NCBI RefSeq assembly: GCF_009914755.1
Contig: NC_060935.1
DNA: 64,000 bases
Reading direction: 5' to 3' (one strand)
From: the human T2T-CHM13v2.0 reference genome, Homo sapiens
This document shows positions 1 to 21,155 of the stretch, piece by piece (within the stretch, counting starts at the first letter, position 1; each line of letters opens with the position of its first letter). The position numbers and the translations under genes were made by a program. The notes beneath the pieces were generated by a model, which was not told where the DNA came from, searched no databases, and saw nothing but the letters and a program-made list of their open reading frames with translations.

Positions 1-1177
1 TTCAAGAAAGGTATAAAATAAATATGTAGCATGATAGAATATAAAAATAAATTGTATTTTTTAACTCCTACAAACAAATAAAAAAAAAAGACTTTTTCTT
101 AGGGTCTCTAATACTTGTTAGGGAAAGAACATAGTTGCTAGCCATAAATCTGTTTTTCTGAAAACAGAGATATAAACTCTTTCTTTTTTTGTAAATAGCA
201 CACTAAGCAGGACTCAAGGCTATTCAGTCACATTCATTTAATTCAGCCTAAGGGAAAAGACTCACCTTGTCTATATAAATATGTGTGAAACAGCAAGTCT
301 TCTTTCTAGGCCACTAAGAGTTCTATTAACCTCCTGTAGCTCCTGTCTGATGGGGTATGTCTGCTAATTGATGCATTGCTCATACTTCTCTGCCTGACCT
401 GTTCCCATCAAATAAAGTAGAGCCCTCATAGAAGCCAAATACATCACATGTCCTCCAGCCTGTGACTAGAGGGACAAAACCAACTGAACCAAAGCAAACC
501 ACATAATGAGGAACAATAAATGTTTTTCTAAGAACTTTAAGAATAACCCCTAATTTATATCTCAAATTTTATTTAATCCAAAATAGAGTATATTATTTGG
601 CTTGAATAAAACAATTCCATAAGGTATTATATTACAAAATAACTGAAAGCTTTGTTTTTTACTAATTATTACAGTATCACTTTCCACTGCCCAGAAAATT
701 TTGGGTGTGTGGGGGCATAAAGAACAAATGCAATTTAAGTTCATCATCATCTTACACCCAGAGATTGTGATTTGTTGTATTTTCTTTCATATTCTTTTCA
801 ATAATCAACATTATGTATATGTATACTTATATATAAATGTATAGTTTATTCTCAGACTAAGATCAAAATGAACACACACTTGTTTCTTTTTCTGCTTAAC
901 ATTATACTATAAGTACTCCCTCTTGCCATTGAAATTTTTTTAATGGTTATCAAACATCAATCATATGGATCATTGGTACTTATCAACACTATAACGCCAG
1001 AAGCTTTGTAACATATGGTACCCCAATTTAGAAAAACCTGATACAGTGGGGGTTAGGTCTGAGCATGAGTATTTGCAATATGCAGTTATTATACTCAAGT
1101 CAAAGTTGAGACCACTGGTGTATACCAAAATCTCCTTAATCTTCCCTCTTTTTGATAGGTATATTGCTTTCAATTTT

Positions 1178-1250
1178 TATATATATATATATATAATGCC
1201 ATATAAAATGTTATATATATAATGCTATATATATAATGTTACATATATAT
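1178..1250. repeat. Interrupted (TA)n microsatellite
   Basis: Visible TA runs. Confidence 0.75.
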
Positions 1251-1399
1251 AAAATGAGATTTATCATAAGTCATTTTGGCAGCACCTTTAATTTCTTAGG
1301 ATTGATTGCTCTAAGGGGAATTATTTAATTAAGGGTGAGAATTGTTTTAAAGCTTTTGTTGTATAAAGCCAAATTATTTTCTTTTTGGTTTTTAATTCT

Positions 1400-7351
<5,952 letters not shown>

Positions 7352-7820
7352 GTTTTTAATTCTATCATCAGTGAATGAGAATGCCTGCTCCTCTTATTAA
7401 ATCCTCGACTATACAAAGCATATCTTTACTTTTATCTTTCCTATTATGAATGGTGAGAAATGAATTTGCATTGCTTTAATGCACATTAGTTTTACTCCAA
7501 ATAAGGCAGAATTATTTTTATATGATTTTAGTTTAACTTCAAATAAGGCTGAATTATTTTACATGATTTAAATTTCTTGCTGCATAAGTTATCTATCCAT
7601 GTTTTTTGCTGACTTTAAAGGAATGTTCTTATTTTTACACAATTTCTTTTTGTCACACAATTTTTAAGTGTTTTTAAACTATATTAAGATTTATTAAGGA
7701 CTATGAAAAAACCTCTCAGCCTCATTCAGGTAAATATTCTGGACATTTTAACACTTGATATTTAAATTTTATATAATGTAGTATGAAGAGAGCACTCCAG
7801 TGAAGAGGTCACAGGCCTTT

Positions 7821-8031
7821 TTGGGACCAGAAGTGTTTTGGATTTCAGATTTTTTTGGATTTTTTGAATATTTGCGTTACACTTACCACCAGTTCAGCAT
7901 CCGTAATCTGAAAACCTGCAATCTAAAACATTTCCAAAAAACATTGTCTTAAGTGCCAACATGATGCTCAAAGGAAATGCACATTGTAGCATTTAGGATT
8001 TCGGATTTTTGGATTAGGGATACTCAATTAG
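7821..8031. mobile_element. Tigger4/MER46-like DNA transposon fragment
   Basis: ttgggaccagaagtgttttggatttc...ggattagggatactcaa resembles the MER46 consensus. Confidence 0.65.
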
Positions 8032-11000
8032 TATAACTAATGGATACTTTCTTATAAGGATAATAATCCACTAACACAATTACACAGTAGTTAAGACAGA
8101 TAAACTGCATTAATTCCATATACTATTGCCATCATAGCCAACAATAAAGTGTTCATCCTATTAAGTGAGATGGAATTGAATGTGTTTAAACCAGACCAAA
8201 GATAATACTGCAAGTTATTTGTTCTACAAACTACATATGTCCTGAATATCTTGTGGGCAGACAATGACTAAATCTAAGAAGCTGTATCATCAGTCCTTTA
8301 GAACAATGTTCACAAATCCAGGAAATCAGAAAAATAAAACTAAACTTTACTAAAACTTTTTAAATTTGCCCTGTTTACTTAGGTTGACATTTTATCAGAT
8401 ATACACTTTAATACCTCACCAACAGAGAAATCATACTGTAAGAAATATGATCTAGAAGTAAATATGAGTAAGGCATAAAAGTAAGCATAAAAGCATATCC
8501 AGATCTATATAATTTAATGATAAGTTATTTGTGGAGGGGTAAAGAATAAGCAATAAATGTCTTAGGCTGGATTAAGCATGCTTTTCACAAGGAAATCTTA
8601 CTTTGCACTAGATTAATGTGCCCAAAATTATTAATAATAAATGGAAAAAATTTACATATGTTAGTTCCCATAATAAAGCTTTGGTTTTATATGACATTTC
8701 AACAAAATTCTCATTAACAAAAGTAAGTCTTAAATGCTAGGTTAGTAAAGTATGGATTTTCATAACCTAACTCATTTGAGGGAAATTCCAGGAATAAAAA
8801 CTTTTGGAAGTTTTTCAGAAGTCCTGGAAGTTGATCAAGTGAGCATTTTCATTCTAGGCCTGAATCAAATTCCCTGTCATCTCATTACTATGAGAAAAGC
8901 TATTTGGGGAAGGGATTTTCTCACCTAGATTTTCGCTAAGGCATACAAGGCAAAGGCAAACACATTACCTTGAACCTATTTCAGTCTATGCAACGTCATT
9001 GTCAACACATCTGGTTCTCCAATATGGTTTAAACATCTAGAAAAAATGTGGTCCCTTATTGCTTTTTCCTCCTCTTCTATTTTTTAATGGAAAGCAATTC
9101 ATTTCAACTGACTTTGCAAAAGCTACATTTAACGCAATAAAGGGAATAATTAATGTAAGAAATAGCTAAAAATATTTTTCTTCTACACTTATCTGCTTGG
9201 CAGATCACTATTACAGTGACACTGATATACTTAATCAGGGCAAGAATACCCCTTAGAATCAATATGAGTTTGTGACATCAATTTTGAAGTCTATGTCTGA
9301 AATATTTGAAGGGGATTTCAAAAAAATAATAAAATGTGCTGCAGCGAGTATCTGCTTTCTACACCCCTCATTTATCTAACTTCTTATGGCTTCCTTAGCC
9401 TTGTTTATTATTACTTCTTCAGGATTTCACTTTCTTCTTAGCTTGACAAAAAGTACTTTTCAACCTAGTCCAGTAAAATGAGTGAAGTAATTATATACAT
9501 ATATATGTCATTGATGATTTTTATTACTAATAACATGTAGAAGTGATTCATTCTATAAAATAGAACAGATGTCCAAATGGTCATTATATACGTGGTTTAT
9601 GTTAAAGTTTAAATAGCATTCTAAGGAGCCCTTTAGACCTAAACTTATTATGTGAGGGAATTACATCTTTAGTTAGACAATTGTAGAAAACCACAGACAC
9701 TTTTAACATGCACGGAAATCTTGAAATACTATCTCCAGATATTGATTACAAAATGCCTTCCAACATGCATTATTAAAGAAAGGTAAATTTCATATATGAT
9801 GGTATTAAGTGGACTCTATTGAGGGACCACATGTTTCTGGAAGGAAAACATGTAGATTAATTGTGAACTGGGTAGTAACTTATCTATTGGTCCAGTGTAT
9901 AAAATTACACAAATATATGGATAGCAGTGTGAAACTAAACTGTTTTTACATGGCCTATTAGATGGTATTAGAAAGACAATGTTTTAGAATAATTTTGTAG
10001 AAAGCTTGATTCCAAACAATTTTCTCAACGTAAAGCTTTTTTTCCTTATCCATTCCTTTATTTTGCTTTTTAGTTTTCTATTGTGCTGTGAAACTGTCTT
10101 TGGATATGGTTAATAACCCTGTTAAATAACCCTCTCATGAAATAAGTTTAGTTTTATCAGAGGAATGGTCTAAATCAACACAGAAAATAATTGGAGTATT
10201 ACTTCATTTTTAAAAATCTTCATATGAATGTTTAAGGCTAAAATAAAATGGATTATAAAAATAATTTTCTCCAAAATAGAGAATTTTAGTAGTTAACCTT
10301 AATTTATTGAAAGACAAATTTAGTTCCTCATAGACACAAAATAAATTAAAACAATTCCTTTTTTCCCAGCAGAATTTTAAAAAAAATAGATGTCTCTATC
10401 TTCATTCCTACATTTCAATCTGGTCCTTTGGTGATTAAACTAACAACTTGATATTGTCACATTAGGAAGTACATGCATTATTTTACACCACTAATGTGGC
10501 ACTTACTTGGAAATGTAGGAGTAGCTAATTATTTAATTAGCATTCAGTAAATGGGCAGTCTAATTCTTAAGAAGAGTTAATACTAAAAACTCTTAAGTGT
10601 GTGGTTTACTTATGAGAACTGTTTACTCTCCAAGTGGATCAGATCATCACAAAATGGAAAAGCACGTTGTTGACCTGAAATAATATGAACAAATTTTAAG
10701 ACAATAAACACTTTAGTAGGCTAATTAGTGGTAAAATATGCAACACTTTTTATTAGTTGGCTAAATGTCATTTTGCTTGCAAATCAATTATTCAACTGCT
10801 ATTTGATAATATGGTTGCTTTATTTTACCTATAATTCATTTGCCATTAAGTAATCACCAAACTCAGTGTTTATAAAATAGCATATCACAAACGTTACCCA
10901 AATTCCCTCAGCATATGAGCCACTCCTTAAATTTAACAGAAATTTTATTAAATGATGGAAAAATCTCTTGAAATACCTATTGGGTCATTTAAAAACTGTA

Positions 11001-11053
11001 ACTTGAAAGCAGGAAAGAAACCAAATGTATGGGAGGCAGAAGCCCATGACATG

Positions 11054-11375
<322 letters not shown>

Positions 11376-11593
11376 CATGACACTATTTTTTAATCCTCCT
11401 AAAGAATAGCCAAAATAAGCTCCCCTATTTCCCTTTAGAGAAAAACATGGAGGAAATCTAATCTAGTGGGTTTGTTTGCAAAGTCAGTATCACATGCAGC
11501 ATGACATCCTGGGGTTTAATTACTTAAACCGTCAAATTGGATATGTAATCCTAATTTCCAAATAGCATTCAATGCCTTTAAGAATTAACACAA

Positions 11594-11913
<320 letters not shown>

Positions 11914-12545
11914 ATTAACACAAAATTTAGATGTAAGAATTTTTCCCTAGAGCTGCTGCTGTCTCTTGACTACCATGTAGCTTCTAGTCCATGAAGCAAA
12001 TGATCAGGAAATCCTAGATTCTGCGAACAACTAAATCGAGCACACTAAACCCACATAAAAAATAAAGGGAGTAATAATTACTCTTTGTTTTCAGGGAATC
12101 AGTAAAGAAAAATTAGTGGCTTGTTTGATGGTTTGTATATGCCATTTTGTTTTTCCTTGTGGGAATGAATTTTAATTTCATTCTCTTTTGGATCATTGGC
12201 ATTCTTAGAGGCAAAGGAATTCAAGACACAATTCTTTCTCAATTACTAGTAAATTCCCGTTTATTACTGTTTTGCCAAAAAAAATCCATGTAATTGATGA
12301 TGAGATCAGTTATTTGACAATAAACGAACTGTGAAAGTGAACAGCACCAAATACTGCATGTTTAATACATTTGAAATTAGTTACAATTGCCTTTGGTTTG
12401 GACTCCAGAGGAAGGGGCTGCAGGATGGTAAAATGAGAGGTTTATTTAGCGTCTGGGAGAAGCTTATAAAGAGCTTAAGTCCTCATTCCTTCTAACATCT
12501 TAACAGCTGTGCAGTTTCTTACAAAATATGTTTTATCGTTTCAAG

Positions 12546-12660
12546 AAATGCTGTTAACCTCGCAGTTTTAAAACTGAATGAACAAGGCCTCTTGGACAAA
12601 TTGAAAAACAAATGGTGGTACGACAAAGGAGAATGTGGCAGCGGGGGAGGTGACTCCAAG
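12546..12660 (+). CDS. GRIA4: GRIA4 flop exon (mutually exclusive, 115 nt)
   Basis: tttcaag|A AAT GCT...TCC AAG|gttagc. Translates to [38 protein letters not shown], the AMPA receptor flop cassette. The first base completes the R/G-site codon begun in the upstream exon, which is outside the window. Confidence 0.97.
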
Positions 12661-15600
12661 GTTAGCCTCAATGTCACCAAAAGCGGGTAAACAGTATGTA
12701 AAGTAATAGGTGCATCTGCTGGGAGACTTATGGTTTGGACCTCCTAATACCAGTCGAATTGCTAGTCCAGTCCCTTCGCAAACTTACGTATGCAATTACT
12801 GTCAATGCAAAAATATTTGCAACCATTATCAGTTTAGTGACACACTAACAAACCTAATGAAAATAGTCACTGAAAATCTCTGCCTTTGAAGAAGTTGTGG
12901 ATCAGACGTTATAAGCCTATGAATCTCAATTTTGGAAAGTAGGAAGGGATGTTAAGTTTCTGAAACAGCAAGTTAGAGAAGAGAGGGGAGAGAGCAGGGC
13001 GGTAAGCCTGTCTTGTTTTTTTTCACCATTACTTTACCAGAACTTCTACCAAATATTGCTTAGTATCAGCAATAACCTGACTCCACATAGACCTGTCTAG
13101 GGTGCCCACTAAAAAGTTTTCTCCATCTAAACTCTCAGGTTCTATTCAAGTTAAATAACAAATCAAAGGCTGTCATATGAACTACACATTTTTTGCCTTC
13201 CATAAATGGATCAAATTGCAAAATGATCAGGAAACAAAAATAAAATCAACTCAGCTTTGTCTTCACTTCATATCTTAACTCCAGCTTCCTAAAATAATAG
13301 TTTTTTTTATTTCTAAGCAATATCTAAAGAACAAAAAAGTAGGCAATTAACAGAATATGCTAGTGTCCCAGAGCCCTTCTTCACTATATATCAGTATTTT
13401 TAGACTTAAAGAAAACAGTTCATGGATGGGAAATTTCTCACCCGATCTAAAAAGCCTTTCAAATTAAGCTCACTTACATCTTCCCATCTAATAACTAGTT
13501 CTATTGCAGCAGGAGGAAGGACAAACTTTTGTCTCCATTCTAGGCACTGTCTTAAGGAGTAATAACTTATTTTATATTTTGGAGCTCCAACTGTCTGAAA
13601 TTTTCTGATAGTTTTCATAAACATATAAATATATACATAGAGAAAAGTATTAAATTTTATACTAATAGCCTAGCATTCTTTCATGCAAATTAGAAATACC
13701 AGAAAATATCATAGAATAACACCAGAGAAAATAAAAACAAAGATATTCTATTCCATTAGAAAAAATTTAGTTTTCAAATTTTTATTGTTATCACAAATAC
13801 AGGAGAAGTAAAACACTGCTTTACAGATAAAATTTTCCACAAATATAAATAATGAAGTCCCATTTTAGCGTGCATTAAAGATGTTTTCTGGAGAAAAATA
13901 AGCAAGCATAACAGAAACATATATATGTTAGAAAAATCTATGTAACAAAAGTCATTCTAATTTATTGAAATGAACTGGACAACTCAGTCAGATTTAATTA
14001 GCTTGTATCCAACTCATTGTTTGGTACATAATGGACATTTTTATTTGTTGGACATAAATATTTGTTGTCCAAAAGAATAAATTTCTCTCTAACCCTGTAG
14101 TTTCCAAAGCCGAATTGCTTCTTCTTATAGTTATGCAGTGACATTACTTTCACCAAACATGAACTACAAAATGTTTTAGAATGAACGCTATTTCAAATTT
14201 TAACAAGTAGGTTTCCAAAATGTTATAAAAAATTAACATAAAATGTTCTCCCAAAATGAAATACATTATGTTTTATTTTTTCCTCCAGGAATGTGTTTGT
14301 ATACCAAAAAAAAAAAAATCCACGTAGGTTGTTATTGGTCTAAGGTTTATCAAGAGAATAGATTGTTGCACTCTAAATGTTAATAATACCCTACTCTGCA
14401 TTTGTCATACAAGATGATATTTTAAATGGCCTGACCTAACTTAAATCGAAATAAATTACTAGGAGACAGTTGTTGCTTTTTCATTTTCATTTTGTACCTT
14501 TTTCAGGTGACTGATTTTCTTTGTAAACTTACCTTACCCCTCCCATTTGGCCTGATCTTCATCAAAAGATGTAAAATAAGGAGAAAAAGTCCTGAAGTGA
14601 GAAATGCAACTGACTCTAAAGCCTTTGTGTGTAAAACTAAAGCAGAAAAGACCAATGCTGCCAATTCAGTGCAGAAGGGAAAATACAGAGAGAACTCAGC
14701 ACACACATGCTGAAATCCTGGCTTAGCTGACCTTCAAATACAGAATCTTGGTAGGAGAAAACTAACTATCCCAACAGTGACTCATCTAATGAAGAAGGGA
14801 AATATGGAAACCTGTACCACACATGGAAAGGTTTCTGTGAGAGAGCTGACTCACTTGTCATTCACAGGACTGTAACCTCTCCAGCCTTCCATTCAGCAGC
14901 AAATTATTAAACTTGTGTTTGAATGGGGCCATGTGCCAGTACCTGTATAGAAACAGAATTACCACTGTTCTTTCCCTCAAGGAGCTCATGATTTAATATA
15001 AGGAACAATTAGACTATTTGGGGTCGCTGCAGCAGCTTCCCTGTCACACTCCAGGCCGTGCAGTAATTAGCATCCCCACTCACCTGACAGCCACTCTCAG
15101 TGCTGTGAAGTTCTGACCATAGCAGTCCTCAGCCAAGAGGCTTCACCTTGAAAGGTAAAAAATTAACAACAGATATGAAGAACAGGGTCCTGCATCTTAC
15201 ACGAAATAAATTAAAGCAGAAATGCATGACTTGTGGGGTACAAATTCCTTCATTTGAAAACTTGATCCTTTGATGGTGTTCATATGAGTTAATATTATTG
15301 TGATATGGTCCTGTTTTATGGTCATAAGAAATTCATACTCAATCTTGGGAATAAAATAGCAAAAATTTACTACTTGACAATGAATGAGCCAATTTAAAAA
15401 TATTGATTGCAATGTCTAAAATGTATTCTCCACTTTGGTTAACCTAGTATGGTTTAGTCAAAGCACAAACCATACAAAGAATTTTAGGCCAATTTTTATG
15501 CCAGTTATTCAATCCTGGTTCTAGTTAGAAATTTTGGCAACAGCTGCAACCATCAATCACCCATTATTACAGTTACAAAATTATTTTTTCTGTTAATTCT

Positions 15601-17039
15601 ATACTTTATTCTGCTTCTACATGTGTAAAATATGCACACTCATAAATGTGGATATTCATATAAAATTATTTTGTAAGTGTTATTATACCAAATAATGCTT
15701 TCTCTAGGTATTATATTTGGTCGTGCACTTCCTGATAATTTGGCCCTTTGAAGAATACAGCCCATTTCTGACTTTGATAGATGCTATACTTACAAATAAG
15801 CCACTTTCCTCTATCACAGCCATGACAACCAATGCAAGAATAAAGGAATTAGTACAGAAAATATGCATTCATCAGCAGGAAAAAATGGAAAGGAAAAAAA
15901 GTTGTAGTAAACAAAAAACACTAAAGGAATCTAGCCCTTGGAGAATGACTCTCCCAGTAATGAATTCCTTGTTCTGATAGTCCACCAGTTGAACATTAAT
16001 TATGGTTAATACTAAATATCTTATATTCAAAGTGTTAATCTAATCCTCTAAAACCGGGTTACAGGTGTGAAATAGCAGAAAGGATAAAGAGGCCAGAGGG
16101 AAAAAGAAGGCCATAGGAGAAAAGACTGCTTTAAGAGGGGAGAGAGAAGCCTAATGCAGTCTTCATCTTATTCACAATTTTGCCTTCAATTGTCCCTTCT
16201 TGAAGAAACTTAAAGGAAACTCTCGAACTTTCCTCCAGTTTTCAGCACTGAGTCCTCCTCCTCCCAGCCCACCCCATTCAAGAACTGAAATATAGGATAA
16301 TATAGTTTAGCACCCATGTGTTACAAAGGCTTTGGGGAGCTTGCCTGGGGACCTAAAAACCCTTAGAGTATCAGTTCAAGAAAAAAGCTTGCTCTGGATT
16401 CAAAAATCTTGCTCTGTCATTTTTCAAATTGAGCTACTTTATAGAGCACCTACTCTGAGTCAGCTACTCTGGAAAATACCATTTTACAGAGATAAATGAG
16501 ATGTGACTTCTGCTCTCAAAGGATTTGCAGGTCACTAGCAAACCCACAGTTGTGGTTATTGTAACAATCACGTCACAAATGGGGCTTGGGGGTCAGGTGC
16601 AGAGAGTAGTGGTTGGTATGGATAGGAAAACCTAGATTAACTGGGTTTAAAATAACCAGGCACCCCAATTAACCATAATCCTCAACTCACCCCACCCTCA
16701 AATTCAGCTTTTAGTAGAAAGTATTAAATCATGCTCATGTCAGATTTTAATCCAAAAAACAACATAATATTCTAGGATCATGGCAAATATATATTACTTC
16801 TTCAGTGGAACAATGAACCTAAGCCATACTAATATAACATTGAAACAAAATTTAAATTATATCCTGAAACCATATAAACAAAAATAAAAATTTGTATTTT
16901 AGAATTTTTTTCAAAACTAACCATACAAAAAAAAATGGGTTTTAGTTTAACCAGAAGGCCCAATTAACTAGAAACATCATTTTGTGAGTCTTCTGCTATT
17001 AATATTTTTAATTGCAAAAGCTATGAAATCATACTATCA

Positions 17040-17200
17040 GGAATCCTGATTAGGCTACTGCCTCGCTGTGTAACTTGCTGAATTAAGCTCCCTGTGCTTT
17101 GGTTTCCTCATTTGTAAAATGTGAATGATGTTAGTGAACATGAAAAATGCTTTTAACCGTGCCTGGTACATAGTAAATGCTCAGTAAATTTTAGCTGTCG
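17040..17200 (+). mobile_element. MIR fragment
   Basis: Core gtttcctcatttgtaaaatg and gtgcctggtacatagtaaatgctcagtaaa. Confidence 0.7.
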
Positions 17201-18511
17201 TGATCACCATCATTCTTAATGCATTTCCTAGTTGTATAGATAGGTTTTTGGAATGAATTCCCAATAAATGCATGTCTTGTAACTCCAGATGCACTCAGCA
17301 TTTCCTAGAAGAACTGAGGCGCATTAGGGGATACAACCAGGCAAAATGTCCAGAAGAATATGAAAAGTCTGTCTTGGGATGAAATGAAAAACCAATAAGC
17401 CAACAAAATGGTAACAACAAAAGATCCTGAAACTTTCTGCTTTCCATTCATCATCTTAGCCTTCATATTGTAATATGGGAGTGAAAACGGAAAGAATTAT
17501 TAAATTCCTTGGAATATTGACGCCAGGTAATGACTGATGTCCTCCTCCCTGAAACTCCTAATATAATATTTAGTGTTGAAGGAATCAAAGATAGTAGAGG
17601 AGACAAATAGAGTCTCTAATAAATATAAATAGAGTCTTCTTATAAGAGGAGTTTGTCTATTCAGAAAAATCTTGGTTACCTCTAACCTGTCTGTCTTTTT
17701 TTGTTGCTAAGAATTTGTGGAATATATTATAGTCACTTCACCTTGTACTTAAAGTACATTAATATGCTTTAAGATTCAAGATAGATGAAAAGATAAATAG
17801 ATGATAGATTCAAGATAGACAAGATAGATGAAAATTGCTTCTGGTGATATTATTTATGTTAAAGACTGCAATTTAGAAGGAAAGTATCATCATGGGCTTA
17901 TGCTTTAAAATAATTATTTACATATTTTTCTCCTGATGACCTTCCTCTGCATAAGGTGGTCTTTTGTAACACTGAAATCACCCGCCTTTTTCAATTAGGT
18001 TTTGGATGAAAGCGGTCAAGAAGTCAATTTAATGATGGATACTGTAGACATACTTTTATAGCATAAAGTCAAATACCATAAGCTGAATCATAATGCATGC
18101 AAGCAATGAAATCAGTCCTACCTAGCTTCTATTTCAGTCTGTCTGTCAACCTGCAGCCACTTCCTTAATTTTGAAAGAGAACAAAAAGAAGCTTCTGGAT
18201 TTTGAATGGCTGCCACATTTATGTGGGGAAAATGGTAAATGTTCCAGAAACCCAACCAAGGCCAATAGTTTTGGATTCACAGTAATTGCATACATTTTAT
18301 TTAAAAATCCTCCCTAGCAGTATGTGCCTGTTACCTAAAGCGATGGAGCAGGCCCCAGTTTTATGTCTGATTCTAAACCTGGGCCTACAGTACAAGACAT
18401 AGCACCTACTGTGGCCTCTGCTCTGTCACTTTGCCATGCGATTCTAATGTAGTTTTACTTGAATAACATAAAATAACATATATAATGTTATTTATGTTAT
18501 TTTCCACGTGA

Positions 18512-18673
<162 letters not shown>

Positions 18674-20909
18674 TAAACGGGAGCAATTGTCAAAAGTATA
18701 TGGAAACCATAAAAACTGAACATTATACACTCAACCACTGCCTAAATTAAAAGCTAATGTCATAAATTTCAACCATAGGGATGGTCTTTCCAGGAAACTG
18801 CAACCTGCTCCCCAATATTAAGACTTTTAAATTAAATTAAAACTGCAAAAATTCTTAAATAATAAAATTCCTTTTACATTATTCTCAAACTTACGTACCA
18901 CTCATAAAAGTAGTGTTTTTTGGGGTAGTTTTTTTGTTTGTTTTGGAGGCAAAGACTTCATGAAATCATGTTATTTCAAGAACTGATATATTCTCAAAAC
19001 AAGAAATCAGTAGTAAACCAGAAAAAGGAGATTCTAAATATTAATTAAATGCTTACTCAGAGGTTCAGTCTTTTGTCACCATAGTGCCAAGCATTCCACT
19101 TTAGTTTGAAGAACCTCCATTATATTTCTGTGCTGATAGAGAAACAGAGTGAACCTTTCAATTCTACTTGCCCAATTGAAATTGTTTTAATTAATCAATG
19201 TTTATGAATAATATTCTCAAGTTCTAAGATCTCTTAATCATAAATTCTTTTTTAAACAATGCAGGAAAAAAATAAAAAATGCAGGAACCTATATTCCTAA
19301 TTCTGTTGAGTACAAATAAAAGTAATGGAAATAGTTATGTTTTTATTTTTTAAAAAAATTACAAGTTTATCAGTGAATCTAAATACCTACACAAGTTGAT
19401 AGAATATAGTAACAGCACCTGAAAGCCAGAGCTGAAGTTTCTTGGAATCCCCTTTTATTTCTTTCTGTATCTTCTTTAAGAAAGAAAACAAATTACTGGA
19501 TATTCTAAGATATTAAACATGTGACTGCTTTAAATAGGAGAGCCTCAATTAATTTAAGGAGACAAACTAATGTTAATGAATCCCTTTCAGGCCTTATCCC
19601 TATATTTTAATCATTTCTGTCTGCCCTTTAACCAGAGTGGAATGAGACAAGCTTGGCCAGATAATTAAACCATTACCTGAAATCCTGATGTAAAGTCAGA
19701 CAAGTGCAAATACTTAATGAGTAATTATTTTGAAAATGAAGTTACCCTAAAATGTTTGGCCCAGTCAGTTGATGTTGTGACTAAGGTGACAGTGTATATA
19801 GTGCATCTTTTGAGTTAAATACTCTCCTATAAAACTCGTTAAGGGTCTGAATCACATTTTGCACAAAACATACTGCTGAGAAGATAATGACTACAGGGCA
19901 TCCTTCAGGTAGTCTACCAAAATACTTCTTGCAATAACATTATGTAATAAGCATATTTATAATTTATTAAACAATTTTGAATTCTTGTTACAATTTTAGT
20001 ATCTTCCAATCATAAGAGTAGGACTTAGGGATTATTCTGGATTTATTACGAGATTATATGTATACTGAAGCTCTGAAGAATAAATAATATCTCTAAAATA
20101 TTAATGGACTAAGCATTTTTAAGTGGGAATTATATTGTATTTTTAATTAATAAAAATAATTATAGATTCATCCATACATAAATAACTTATTTCTCAATTG
20201 ACCATAATAATTTATATATTTTTTAAAGTTATCTTAAAAAATTACTTGAGTTACACATAGATAATTATTTCTAAACAGTATATAATATGCAAAAGTAACA
20301 TTTTCCATGAGATTTCCCTTGTAGATGTAACTGAAAGAACAAATAATGTGTACCTTGGCACATTATTTGCATGTATTTGGTAAATTAATGATGAACAAAA
20401 TGTGAAACCATCAGCTCAACAACTCCTTAGTTGCTCAACTAGGAAATGCGGAGTTGGATTTATTCAAGAGAAATCTCAAACATTAAAAGTATATTCTAAT
20501 AGAAGCAAAGCTAAAAGACGTCCCCTTTCTCCCATAATTGGATTTTTAAACCTGTCATTTTCAAACTTAATAATAATAAGCCCATTTCTGCCACTCTATG
20601 TAAATATATAAATGCTTATATAAGGCTAAGTATAATGGTTTTCATTGCATATTTAATAATGATAAAATGTTACTGATTTCATTGAATGTAATTAGATACA
20701 ATTTGTTGATAACTATTATAATTTTACTTCTCCCAAGAGCTATAAGATTTATGTTTAAGTCCATTAGCCTACATCAGTGACTTATACTTGTAAATCATTT
20801 CAGGTTAAATTAAGCATTTACTTTCATTGGCTTTTTGGATTTCATGTGTTCTTTTACCTTTTGGATGTGACATTTCCACAGTTAACTGAAGTGTCTTTAT
20901 CCCCCCTAG

Positions 20910-21155
<246 letters not shown>

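Noticed and set aside
14234-14244. TAACATAAAAT matching the flip hairpin arm as a docking/selector element
   Set aside because: An 11-nt A/T-rich match is expected by chance in this intron.
14262-14330. Possible 35-nt third cassette exon (cctccag|14289-14323|gtaggt)
   Set aside because: Mostly a poly(A) run with no flip/flop homology; probably a decoy.
20874-20881. Alternative acceptor ttccacag 28 nt upstream of the M4 exon
   Set aside because: Would frameshift, and it lies upstream of the likely branch motif.
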